64,000 nucleotides of DNA from contig JBODTK010000111.1 of assembly GCA_050613775.1 (NCBI GenBank), positions 62,001 through 126,000 on the forward strand, read 5' to 3'. The notes under the pieces were generated by a model that was given only the letters and a program-made list of their open reading frames with translations, was not told the origin of the DNA and made no database searches. Below, piece by piece: positions 41,560-55,141 of this stretch. Both the position numbers and the translations under genes were made by a program. Source of the DNA: Neocallimastix sp. 'constans'. Lineage: Eukaryota. Position 1 is the first letter of the stretch; every line of letters begins with the position of its first letter.

Positions 41560-44500
41560 GTAGAATATATAAAATCAACTTACTTCGTCCAAATTAATTG
41601 GTATATCTAAATTCACAAGATAATGTTTACGTATTTGAGAATTTTGCCATCTAAATTGATTAAATGTATTTTCTTTATTATTATTTTCTTCAGTAAATTT
41701 ACTCCATAATTTATACCAATTTTCAGAAGAAGCAGAATGAATTGGTTGCTCAACCATTTCTCCTTCATATTTTTCTGTCTGAGATGGAATTTGTTCCAAT
41801 ATAGAGTTAATATCTTCTACATCGTTAAAGTTAAGAGATAATTCATTTTCTGGGTATATAGAATTTAATGATGCTTCTATGATATTAGCAAGTTCTGATG
41901 CTTCATCATTCTTTTAAGAAAATAAAATAAAATAATAAAGAATAAATAAATATAAAAAAAAAAAAAAAAAAAAAAAATAAAACACACATATATATATATA
42001 ATAAGTAAAATTATATTTAATATAAATTTAATATATTAATTAATTAATTAATTAATTAATAATAATAATACTAAATAAAAAACAAAACTTACAAAACTAG
42101 ATTGTATGATATTCTTGATAACATTGGAACTGATAAATGCTTGTAATTCTTCTGTTAATATAGTTGGAACTGCTATTGGTGTAGAAGTTGAAACTTCAGC
42201 TTCTTTAGTAGTTGTTGAAGCAGGTGGTGCTTCAAATTCATCATCAAAAGTATCTAAACCATTATTTGTATTATCAAAATTTCCAAAGTCTCCAAAGTCT
42301 CCGAAATCATCTCCTTCACCTCCTCCATTAGCATTAGTAGTTTCTTCAAAGTCACCAAAATCTCCAAAGTCATCATCTGCTGTGGCGCCTTTATTATTTG
42401 TAGTAGTGTTTGCATCATCAAAGTCACCAAAATCACCAAAGTCATCTTCCGCATTAGTGTCTTTATTATTATTATTATTTGTAGTGTTTGTATTATCAAA
42501 GTCACCAAAGTCACCAAAGTCATCATCAGCTGGGACTTTTTTATTAGGGTCTTCGGTTTCAGTAGCAGCATTGTCAAACTTTCCAAAGTCCCCAAAGCTA
42601 TCATCAGCTGGAGTTTCTTTATTAGGGTCTTCGGTTTTAGTAGCATCATTATCAAAATCTCCAAAGTCCCCAAAGTCATCATCGGCTGAAGTTTCTTTAT
42701 TAGGGTCTTTGGTTTTAGTAGCATTATTATCAAAATCTCCAAAGTCACCAAAGTCATCATCAGCTAGGTCTTTTTTATTAGGGTCTTCGGCTTTAGTAGT
42801 AGCATTATCAACGTTTCCAAAGTCCCCAAAGCTATCATCGGCTGGAGTTTCTTTATTAGGGTCTTCTGTTTTAGTAGCAGCATTTTCAAAGTTTCCAAAG
42901 TTTCCAAAGCTATCATCGGCTGGGACTTTTTTATTAGGGTCTTCTGCTTCAGTAGCAGCAACATCAAAGTTTCCAAAGTCCCCAAAGCTATCATCGGCTG
43001 GAGTTTCTTTATTAGGGTCTTCTGTTTTAGTAGCAGCATTATTAAAGTCATCGAAGTTGCCAAAATCATCATCGACTGGGGTTTTTTTATTAGTCTCTTC
43101 GGTTTTAGTAACTGCACTATCAAAGTCGCCAAAGTTGCCAAAGTTATCATCAGTTAATGTTTCTTTATTAGTGTCCTCGGCTTTAATAGTTGTATTATTA
43201 AAATCTCCAAAGTTTTCAAAGCCATCATTAGCTGAATCTTTTTTATTAATATCTTCTGTTTTAGTAACAGCATCATCAAAGTCTCCAAAATATCCATAGT
43301 CATCATTAGCTGATGTTTCCTTATTAGAGTCTTCTTCAGTATTAAAAACAATATTTTCAAAATTTTCAATTTTTCTAAAGTCATCATTATTATTTTTTGA
43401 TTCACTCAATGAAGTATTGGTTATTTCAACATTATCAAAATCTCCAAAATCTCCAAAACCATCATTGGTTTTTATTTCGTTTTGAGGTTCACTATAAAAT
43501 CCTGAGAAAGAAACACCACTGTTTGGATTATTATTCACCATTTCTTCATCATTTATTCTATTATTGACTTCAATATCTTTATCATCTTTTTTACTTTCTT
43601 CAATTAGTGAATGATCATTTTCTTTTTCTTCTTTATTAATAGGTATATCATCAAAACTATTAAATTCGTTGTTATCTCCTTTTTCATCAGTGGTAGTGAC
43701 TGTATCATAACTACCGAAGTTTGCAAAGTCATCTTCATCTTTTTTCTTTTCATTAGATTGAGTACTACTTAGTGGAATTTGATGAATACTACCAAAATCT
43801 CCAAAACTATCTTCTTTCTTTTTATTAGTAATTGAAATTGGAATAGCACCAAAAGCACTGAAATCACCAAAATCACCAAAGTTTCCATCTTTCTTTTCTT
43901 CAGTTGGAGTTGCTGGTACATTATCGAAATTACCAAAGTCTCCAAAACCATCATCTTTTTTTTCTTCAGTTGCTGTGGTTTGCATATTACTATTGAAATT
44001 ACCAAAGTCTCCAAAATCATTATCTTTCTTTTCTTCAGTTGCTGTGGCTGGCATACTACTACTGAAGTCACCAAAGTCTCCAAAACCATTATCTTTCTTT
44101 TCTTCAGTTGCTGTGACTGGCATACTGCTACTGAAGTCACCAAAGTCCCCAAAACCATTATCTTTCTTTTCTTCAGTTGCTGTGACTGGCATACTGCTAC
44201 TGAAGTCACCAAAGTCCCCAAAACCATTATCTTTCTTTTCTTCAGTTGCTGTGACTGGCATACTATTACTGAAGTCACCAAAGTCTCCAAAACCATTATC
44301 TTTTTTTTCTTCAGTTGCTGTGGCTGGCATACTACTACTGAAGTCACCAAAGTCTTCAAAACCATCATCTTTCTTTTCTTCGGTTGCAGTAACTGGCATA
44401 CTATTACTGAAATTGTCAAAGTCACCTAAACCATCATCTTTCTTTTTTTCATTAGATGTGGCTGGCATACTACTGAAATTACCAAAGTCTCCAAAATCAT

Positions 44501-45166
44501 TATTGTCTTTCTTTTTATTAGTACTTTGATTAGTATCTACCTGAATATTTTCAAAATTACTAAAATTTCCAAATCCTTCATCGTTTTTCTGGTCACTATT
44601 ATTATTATTTTTTTCTTCAGTACTACTTAATGGAACACAATCAAAGTTTCCGAAATCACCAAAATCATCTTTCTCTGTTTCTGCTGAAGTGACAGGTATA
44701 CTATTAACGTTATTGACATTATTAATATCGCTTGTATTTGTTTTATCTGTATTATCATGTTTTTCTTCTTGTATGCTATTATCAATACTACTTCCCATAC
44801 TAAAATCTAAATCTTTTAATGAACTTAATGTATTCATATTATTACTAATATTGTCATTTATATTAGTTGATGTAAAAGCGTCAAAATCACCAAAATTAAA
44901 CCTACTAATATTATTTTCATTTTTATTATTATTATTATTATTATTTGTAAAAGAAAATCCAGTAAATGTATCAAATTGTCCAAAATCATTATTAGTATTT
45001 TCATTTTTATTTTCATTACTCTTAAAATCATTATTCAATATTTTATTCATTTTATTATCTTTAGTTTCATTATCTTTATTTCCATTTTCATTAGTTTCTA
45101 TAATATTTATTTCATTATTTATACCTGTTTTTGACGATGAATTAAAAACATCAAAATCTCCAAAAC

Positions 45167-45217
<51 letters not shown>

Positions 45218-45988
45218 ATGCACTAAAATCACCAAATTCACTTTCTGCATTATTATTTGCATCATTAAATGAACCGAAATCTCCGAAATTATTATCAGCA
45301 CTGTTATTTGAAATATTAAAGTTTCCAAAATCATCATCCTTCTTAGTTGAATCTTCAACTTCAGATTTTTTTACTTTTTCGTCATTATTGTCATCTTTAT
45401 TATTTTGTTCTTGATTCTTATCTGATGAATTGAATGTATTAAACGATTCAAAATCATTGAAATTATTATCATTTTTAGGTTCAGATATCTTTTCTTTTGC
45501 TTGGTCATTAATACTAGTATTAAAATCGATAGTAGTAAATACTGAGTAATCACCAAAATTATTATTTTTATTATGCTTTTTATCCTCACTTTCATTATTA
45601 TCATTAAGTTCTCGAATTTTAGTTTCGTTTTCTTTTTTATCATTGTCAATAGAAATTTCATTTGTATTAGTATTAGTGAAACTTATATTATTGAAATTAC
45701 TAAAATCACCTGTATTAACAAATGAATTTGCATTATTGTCTTTACTGGTATCTGAATTCATATTTGAAGTATTATTGTTAAAAACAGCGAAATCTCCGAA
45801 ATCATCAATTTTATTATTATTACTATTATTACTAAATTCTGAAAAATCACCAAAATCATTTTCGTTATTTTTATTTGTCGAATTGGAAAAATTGCTAAAA
45901 TTATTAATATTTGCTAAATTATTATTATTATTACTTAAATCAGTAAACCCACCAAATAAATCTTCAGTTTTATTATTATTATTATTAC

Positions 45989-46033
<45 letters not shown>

Positions 46034-46475
46034 AATCACTAAAACCACCAAATAAATCTTCGGTTTTATTACTATTATTATTATTATTACTATTATTATT
46101 TAACGAAGAATTATTATTTAATGTATTAAAAGATATAAAATTATTATATATCCCTGACGAATTGTTACTATTATTATTGAAACTTGAAGAATTATTATTA
46201 GTATTGGCATTTGAATTTGGATTATTAAACGCATCTTCAAAAGTTCCAAAATTAAATGAATTATTATTAGCTGTACTATTAAAAGTATTATTAGTATTTA
46301 TTGAAGAACTCAATTTATTTTCATTAGAATTTGTAATATTATTTTGAGAGTTATTATTAAAGCTACTCGGAAGATTAGTACTCGTAAAATCCAAATCTAA
46401 TAATAAATTTGTTATAGGTACTGCTTTTGATTTCTCAGAATTTGAATTATTATTACCAAATATATTAGAATCCAT
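40270..46475 (-). CDS. FGxF-motif-rich AP-1/GGA gamma-ear-binding accessory protein, Laa2(YBL010C)/aftiphilin-like, 6 exons
   Basis: Exons 46475-42093, 41910-41584, 41421-41226, 41003-40881, 40631-40560 and 40328-40270 join in frame. It has dozens of DFGDF/FGxF motifs, a conserved C-terminal block WYKLWSKF...FRWQNSQIRKHYLVNLDIPINLDE, and a helical tail (LNYVLDQKEQLKMDAEMNDKMIACLVQHAKQ). Confidence 0.78.
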
Positions 46476-46921
46476 GGTTTATATAAATATGAAAATCTAT
46501 TATATCTATATATAATTAATTGGTTTATTAATACTATATGAATATGAAAGATAGAATTTTTGCTTAATAATATTCAAATATCACTTTCTTTTTATAATAC
46601 TAATTTTAACTAATTATTATAATAGTATTTTTAAAAATAAGAGATTTTAAAATAAAAATATTTGTATATTTTAACAATTTTCTATTATTAAAAATTAATA
46701 TTAATAATATGGATTATTTATAAGATGTACTGTTTATATAATTAATTTTTATTAATTTTTATTAATTTTTATTATTAATAATTTATTAATAATTATAAAT
46801 ATCCATAATCATAGTCTAAAATAATATAATATATGCATTAAAATAGATATTACAATACATTTTGTAATATAATGTATTTATTAATACAAAAACATAAATA
46901 TGAATTATAAATGTATATATT

Positions 46922-46975
46922 ATTGGCCTTTTCTGACCAATCATAAATGAATTTCGATATATAAAAATCGAAATT
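46922..46975. promoter_or_regulatory. Putative promoter elements between the divergent FGxF gene and the RNase MRP RNA
   Basis: Inverted CCAAT pair (ATTGG 46922-46926, CCAAT 46937-46941). TATATAAAA sits inside the palindrome AATTTCGAT...ATCGAAATT, about 45 bp upstream of the predicted RNA 5' end. Confidence 0.4.
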
Positions 46976-47007
46976 TGAAGTCATCAAATTTTTTTTTTTC
47001 TTTCATT

Positions 47008-47400
47008 GAAACACCTCAAAGAATCGCGAACGAAGCGTAACATACTTAAAGTGAACTAATTTTATTAGTTAGACTTTTTTAAAACTGTTTTTTCATCATG
47101 TATGAAAAAATAGTCAATGCTTTGGGGAAAGTCCTCGGATACTAGGGCAGAAAGTGTCGCCTTTAGTATAGGGTCATATTAAAGTTCAATAATCCTGCGA
47201 AGGGCTTATATTATTTTAAGTCATAGCTCTATGGATAGATGAATATTTAATATTGATCATCATAGCAAAGTTATGCGATTGTATCAAATCTATAATTTTA
47301 TTATTGAAGAAATTGTGAGACTTATTTTTTTATAAAAATTTGTCTCTGTTCCGATATAATAAGTGATATAACACAACGAGGCTTACTCTTGAGATGTTTC
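47008..47400 (+). ncRNA. RNase MRP RNA
   Basis: CR-I GGGGAAAGTCCTCGG (47124-47138) pairs as the P4 pseudoknot with CR-V ACACAACGAGGCTTAC (47371-47386). The MRP-specific P8 hairpin with a GARAR loop (GGCA-GAAAG-TGTC) follows CR-I. A CR-IV-like CATAGCAAAG precedes the 3' strand of P2 (AATCGC/GCGATT). P1 is GAAACACCTCAA / TTGAGATGTTTC. Confidence 0.9.
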
Positions 47401-47647
47401 TCTCTTTTTATTTTTATTGGTATATTTAATGTAAAAATTAAATTTTTATTGCATAATAATGAAAATAAATTTTTTTTGTGATAAATTTATTTTATATATG
47501 ATCATTTAAAATCATCAAATAAATTTAAATAAATAGAAATTGAAATAAGCATAGGAAAAAGAAGAACATTATTTATAATTTGTAAATTATATACAAAAAA
47601 AAAAAAAAAAAATTCAAAATAATAATTAAGAAAAGATTAATAATATC

Positions 47648-47678
<31 letters not shown>

Positions 47679-48244
47679 TATATATATATTTTTATTTTTA
47701 TTAGTATTAAAAAATACAGTATTTTTATTTTTAAAAAAAAAAAAAAAAATAAAAAATGATCTTTTTTATAATTTTATTTAATAGTATTACTGATAATAGA
47801 ATTTAATATATATAATATAATAGTATATATATTCAATTAATCAAAAATAATAATATACAGATATATTAAAAGATAAAAAAAAAAGATTATAAAGTAGAAA
47901 TATTTATATTCTAATAAATTATTATTATTTAATAATTTAATAATTGATTTCCCTGTTTTTTTTTTTTTTTTATAAAAAATATTCTTTAATATATAATTTA
48001 TAATCAAAATAAACAATTTTTTTTTTTCTAAAAAACAAACAAACAAATAAAAAAAAAAACTTGATATTTCCGTATAGTTTCATTATAATATAAAAAAAAA
48101 AAAATTAAAAGATAAAAAAAAAAAAATGAAAAAATAATATTTATATATATTTAATTTTTAAAAGTACTAAATAGGTTTTTTCTAAAATATATAATTACTG
48201 ATATTAACTATTACTATTTAAATTGATTATCTAATATTACCAAT

Positions 48245-49026
48245 TTATTTATTTATTTGGGTCATGTTACTATCATGCACCTTATCCTTATTATTATAAG
48301 TTAACGATTTTTGTAAATTATTTATTAATATGGAAGAATAAGGTTTTAATTGAAGAGGAACTGTTGGTGGTGGAAACTATTTAATAAATTTATTGGAAAA
48401 AAATTTATAAATTTTAGTTTTTATTTATTAATATTTATAACCTATTACTAATAGATATAATGCTTACTGGTTCTTCTTGACCCTTTAATTCTCCTGATGT
48501 ATAAAATATTTTTGGTCTATATGATGGATCTTCCAACATTACGCTGGAATTTTTAAATTTTTCAATTAATGATTCTCTTCCTTGTATATTAGCATATGAA
48601 AGAGTACAAATTTTATCAGAGTTAAAACGTGTCCATTTTTTACCGACAACTTTTTCGGCAAAAGAAATAACAGCTCTAATTAATAATTTAATTATGAAAT
48701 TTAATAAATAAAAATTAATATTTAAAAAATTAAATTAAGTAAATAATAATATATATATTAAATAAATAAATAAATAAATAAGTAAATAAATTAATAAATT
48801 ACTTAATATCAACAAAATTAATAAATGCATATCCAACATTGCAACGATTTTTGAAGTCCATTCTTAAATATAAGAAATCAAATTGTCCAAAATGTGTATC
48901 ATTAATTGTATCGATTAACATTTGTTGAGCTAATTTTTTTTTTTTTTTTTAAAAAAAAAATTATTATAATTGACATATTAATACACTCATTAAATTATAT
49001 ATTTTCTATATAATAAGTAATTAAAC

Positions 49027-49065
<39 letters not shown>

Positions 49066-52000
49066 AATTAAGCATTTCTATTTAAACTTACTATATTTAT
49101 TTGGAATATTTCTGATCATAAATGTTGTTCGTTTATCTAATCCCGAAATAACTCTAGATAAAATTAATTCATTGCCTCTAGGAATTACATGACGCTTAGA
49201 ACTTGAATTTTGATTTAGTAGTCTATCATTTATATTGGAATTATTATTTCCATTTTTATTCTTTCTATTTTCATTAGATGAACACATGCGTCTTTCTTCC
49301 ATTGTAATTCTTCTATGATAATTATCTACATATTTATTTGATGATACCTTAGAATTATCATTATTGGTTGTTATACCGCTAATGATATTTTTATTCTTAA
49401 TTTTTATATTATTATTTAATTCATCATTCATCATTTGTAATGAAGATGGAATTGGGGTATTACCTGATAAGATATTTTTATTTGATTGAGAAGACGAACT
49501 TTTTTTTAACATTGTTAATGGCATAGTTTGTGTTATATTGTTTATATTTGTTATATTTCCTGGAGAATTGTTTGCCACAACCAAATTACCGTTATAGTTA
49601 TTTAAAGACTGATTCGTCATATTCATATAATTATTATGCGAATTAATCTTAATTAATTTCGAAGAATTTGAAGAAGTGGTAGACAATATATCACTTATAT
49701 CAGATAATGGTGTTTCAAGTGAGGATGTCGTAGTAATTGTAGAATTAGATGGTGTTACATTATTACCACGTAAGTTACTATTGGAACTATTTGTTGGTGA
49801 ATGAGAATCTGAATTAAATAAGTACATATTTGATTTATTATTTATATTATTATTTGAAGGAATACAAGCAGTATAATTCATTACTTGTTCTTGATTTTGT
49901 AAATTCATTTGTAAATTATTCATATTTACAAAATTATTCATATTTACAAAATTATTCATATTATTCATATTATTCATATTATTCATATTATTCATATTAT
50001 TCATATTATTCATATTATTCATATTATTCATATTATTCATATTATTCATATTATTCATATTATTCATATTATTCATATTATTCATATTATTCATATTATT
50101 CATATTATTCATATTATTCATATTATTCATTCTATTAATATTGTTCAGAGTATTCATATTATTTATATTACTTATATTATTAATATTGTCCAGAGTATTC
50201 ATATCATTCATATCCCTGATATTATTCATTCCATTCATTATTGGATTAGAGATACTTATATTATAGTTTGTTATACCACTGGAAAAATTACTGTTTATCC
50301 TATTAGAATTTAAAGGTTGATGAATCATTTTATTAGGTATCGAAAAACCATTCAATATTGGTTTCGCCTGATTATGCATAATAATATTTTCGTTGTATAT
50401 ATTTTGATTATGACGCTGATCACTAATAATTCTAAAATCTGAGTTATTCATTGAAATGTTCGTTGGAATTTCTACTTTTTGTGAAAAACCAGATAAATTT
50501 TTTAATTGTTCCCCTAAATTATCAATATCATTAATATCATTGTTTAAAGTTTCTGTACTTCCTTGATAATTTGTAATATTATTTATATTAGATTGAATCG
50601 GATTTTGAGAATAGAAACTATCATTATTTCTAAAAGTTTTATTAGCATATTGTTGATCTGGAAATTTTATTTTTGAATTGTTTGGTACCATAGAAAGAGA
50701 TATATAAAATATTATATTTAATGTTTAATTATCACAATTTATTATATTATTATTTTTATTATATTTATATCTATAATTACCATTAGGAGCATTTAAAGTA
50801 TCATTATCTTTATTTAAAATTTTTTTTTCAACATGACTATTAGGATTAAAAATATCAGTTTTATATGGAGAATACCAATTATTATTCATAAATGTTAAAT
50901 CGTTAAAATTATTTAAGTAATTATTAATATTTGATTCCTTATTTGGTATATTTGGCTTTATTGTTTCATTATTTGAAGTATATCGAGTAAATTCATTATT
51001 TTCCTTAATATTGTTCATTAACCAATTTCCTGGTTTAGAATAACCGGCATAAAGAAGTTTGCCCTTATTATATTTATAGTTAATAATAATAATAACAATA
51101 ACAATAACAAAAATAATAATATACAATTTTAATATTAAGATATTTATTATTTATATATATAATTGAAATTTATTATAATTGATAAATTTTGCATACTTGT
51201 AAAAGAAAATCTTGTAGACTATTGAGTGCTTTTTCAGAAGATCTAATATCATCGTATTCAACAAATACATTTTTCTTACTTTGATAAAATTTTCTCATTT
51301 TACCATAAGTCGAAAGTAATAACTTTTTAAATTAAAAGAAATTAATATTTTTCCAAATTGCATAATAAATAAAAAATATATATATAATAATATTATTATT
51401 ATTTCTAAGAAAAATACCTTAATATTGCCTTTATTCAAAGATTGATTTAACACTAAATATAATGTTCCTTGATTATCTAAGATTTCTTTTATATTTTCGA
51501 TTGCAACATAATTTTTAACATCTGCTGGATCAACATAGAAAGTAGAAAAACTACTTCCATATGATAATTCCTTATGTATTCCAGTATATGCATCTATGGC
51601 AGATTTTATATTCCAATAAATTAAGAGTATGCTTCTCTTTTTAGTAAAAAATACTTGTCTTATTTCACCATATTTCTAAAAAAAAAAAAAAAAAAGAATT
51701 TTTATATTTACATATGCATATAAATTGATTTAAATTAAAATATAATTATTATATATATATATATATAATTTATATTAAATCTTATAAATAATAAAAATAA
51801 TTTATTACACTCAAATTCTCATTTATTAGTTGATTAATGTTAAAATATTCTGGTATTTCATTAATTAAAATTATGTGTGATGGGCTGGCTTCTGAATTTA
51901 AAAACTCATTTGTATTTTTTTGATTATAAATTGTTTGTTCATTATTACTATTATTAATAATAAAATAGTCACTATTATTAATAGTATTAATATCTTGTTC

Positions 52001-53116
52001 TAAATATAATTAATTTTTAATTATAAATATATATATATATATATATACATAAATTAGTTATGCTATTACAAATATAATTTATATTTTTTAAATGATTTCA
52101 TTTAAAATATTATAATTAACAATAAAATAATATCTTAAAAATAAATAAATACCGATATTTGTATTGTTATAATTATTATTTGAACTTGACAAAAAGTATT
52201 CTCTATTATTGCTTATATTATTAAGTTTTGGATTGTTTAATGATTCCTCAACTTTTTCTTTTTTATTCAAAAAGTTTGAATCATTATTATTTATACAATT
52301 TGATAAATTAATAATATTATTTATTGAATTTAAAAAGTTATTACTATTGTTCTCTTTATTATTAAATAATTTTGGTGTAATATCCGAGTTCGGATTATTA
52401 TTTTTTGACATATCTATTATATTAATTCTATTATTTAAATTATTTATGATTGGGGGAACTGAAGAAGAAGGATTTTCTAAAAATGATAGATTCATCTTTT
52501 TTGATTTATTAATAATTTGAAAATTAATTTGTTGATAGTTATTATTATTACTTTTTGATTTTATTTTTAAAGTGGTATTATGTTTTTTATCAGAATTATT
52601 ATTTAAAAAAATTTTGTTTGATGACTCATTCAAAGTTTTATTATTTGATATAATATTTTTTAATGAAACAGAAGAATTTATATTATTATTTTGATTATTA
52701 TATGAATTTGAATGATTTATTGATTTATTGGTTTTGCTTTGAATATTTTGAATATAATTCAAATTTTTGTCTATATAAAAATATATATATATATATATTT
52801 AAGTCATGTAATATTATTAAAAAATATAATATCATTAATAAATTAACAATTATATTTTTTTTATATTATTAAAAATAGTAATTTATATAAATAATAAAAG
52901 CAATAATTATAATATTGAAATATTTCAAATAATTTTAAATTAACACATTATATTATATATTATATTATTAATACTATCTACAAAATATTACAAATACATT
53001 TTTAATATTTATAAATTTTCTTTTAATAAAAATTTACCTTTATTTTTCATCCAATATGAACTAGACCATTTATTATTTGAATAAATATTTAAAACTAAAG
53101 ATGTTTCTTTTCCCAT
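48245..53116 (-). CDS. mei2: Mei2-like RNA-binding protein (two N-terminal RRMs plus C-terminal Mei2 RRM3), about 10 exons
   Basis: Exons 53116-53038, 52770-52153, 51999-51809, 51675-51418, 51322-51197, 51063-50781, 50657-49092, 48929-48803, 48675-48468 and 48376-48245. Diagnostic RRM3: DKRTTFMIRNIPNKYTQQML...FDFLYLRMDFKNRCNVGYAFINF...GKKWTRFNSDKICTLSYANIQG...KFKNSSVM...YRPKIF. RRM1/2 motifs: KYGEIR, NQGTL, VEYDDIRSSEKAL. The first exon is less certain. Confidence 0.92.
49922..50130 (-). repeat. Coding 9-bp tandem repeat (AATAATATG)n encoding (NNM)n in the Mei2-like protein
   Basis: ATTATTCAT array on the + strand, matching the translation in the ORF track. Confidence 0.95.
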
Positions 53117-54462
53117 ATTTTTTTTTTTTTTAAAAAAAAAATAGAAAAAATATATATATATATATATTTTTATTAATATGATTTTCTTGATAGTTTATAT
53201 AAGTAGTTCTTTTTTAAAATACTACAATAACAAAAAGAAATGAAATTAAATCAATATATATACAAATATTTATTGTCAAATAAAAAAGAAAAAAAAATAA
53301 TAATTTAGAAATTGTAAAATCATATCATACTTTATTTATTTATTCTATTATTTCTATTATTATTATTATGTTTAAATTATTTTTATGGTGTTTAATTATA
53401 TTATTATTTAACTAATAACTTATTTATATATTTACCATTCCAGGTATAAGGCATATAAATGAAATCATATATTATTATATTGAAGTAAGAAAATATATAT
53501 ATATATATAGATATATATTAAAGCTTTTAAATTTCTTAATTCATATTCTTATGTTATTCATATATTTTAGTTTTTCATTGATTAAGCAACACTTCTGTTA
53601 TAAATATTTTTTTATTATTAGAATTTTTTCATTACAATATATTTATATAAAAAAAGTAAAATTATATTTGTACATATAAAAGAATTAATATATTAAAAAA
53701 AGATAAATTAAAATAACAATATTAAAGAATAAATTATTTAAAGAAAATAAAAAAAAAAGGAAAAAAAATAATAATAATTTAATTATTATTAATCTCTCTA
53801 GCAGTAATTAAATATCAAAATATAAATATAAAGAATTTTTTCTTTTTTCATAAATAAATTATATATTTCAAATATTTTTAAAACAGTTAAAAAACTTTGA
53901 TTAAAACTATTTTTATATTTAAATGATAATTAAGTAATTAAATACAAAATTTTTGTGGTTATATATAATATTTATATGAAGTATATTGTAATATATGAAT
54001 TAATATATTAAATTTTCTACTATAATTTTTTTTTTAAATCAAATTCAATTATCCTTGGAATATTATAAATTCTTTAATTTTTATTGCTTATATAGTGATG
54101 GTTTAACCATTCAATTATGATTTTAAATTTCACTTTTATTAATTTCTTTTAATTTACTCACTTTTCAAAAACTTATTATATTATAATACATTAAATATCT
54201 ACTGTTTGATATATTTTTTTTTTATTTTTTTAAAAAGTGAAATTGATATATCTTGCTGTTATTACAGAATTAATAAAGTTTTTTTTTTTTTTTTTTATTT
54301 TATTTTATTTTTTTTTTTTTTTTTAAAATATATATAAAACTTTCAAAAATTAAATATTACAACTTTATTTTACTTATTATTCTCATTTCTGTTTAAATTT
54401 TACTCTTTTTTAAAAAAAAATAAAAAATAAAATATATGTATATAAAATTTTGTATAATTTAA

Positions 54463-54505
<43 letters not shown>

Positions 54506-55103
54506 ACAAATAATTATAATTTATTTAATTATTTTTAATTATTTTTCTTTTGTATATATATATATAGATTGGATATATATACTTTATTTATTTATATATA
54601 TCATATAATTGAAATGATAATAATGATAATAATTATGTAAAAAATAAATCTATAATTATATATATATATATAGATAGATAGATTTTGTATATTATATATC
54701 AACTTCATATAGTTATTAATTTTTTTAAATGTTTCAAAATATTCATTTTTTATTCATATTTTTATTAAAAGTTCTTTTTATTATTTTATTATCATTTATA
54801 TATGATGATAATAAATAATATTTTTAGATAATAATAAAGTAGAATATATTATCATATTTTAGTTTTTATTATGGTGCTTATTTAAGATTTTATAATTGTT
54901 ATACCTATTATTGTAAAATAAAATATATATATGCTTATATCAGTAATTATCCCAAATTTTCACATATATTGTTTTTTAGTTTTTTAATAATTATTACTTT
55001 TATTATTCTTTTACATATTATTTATTCAAAATACTATTATTATCAAAATAATTTATATATTCTTTTTAAGTAGAAGAGGAAAATACGTTTATATATTCTA
55101 TTT

Positions 55104-55141
<38 letters not shown>

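Noticed and set aside
42106..46347. Long plus-strand and alternative-frame ORFs overlapping the FGxF gene (similar ones at 1209, 12981, 14365, 49830, 52209, 60853)
   Set aside because: They are antisense or frame shadows of repetitive, codon-biased real coding sequence.
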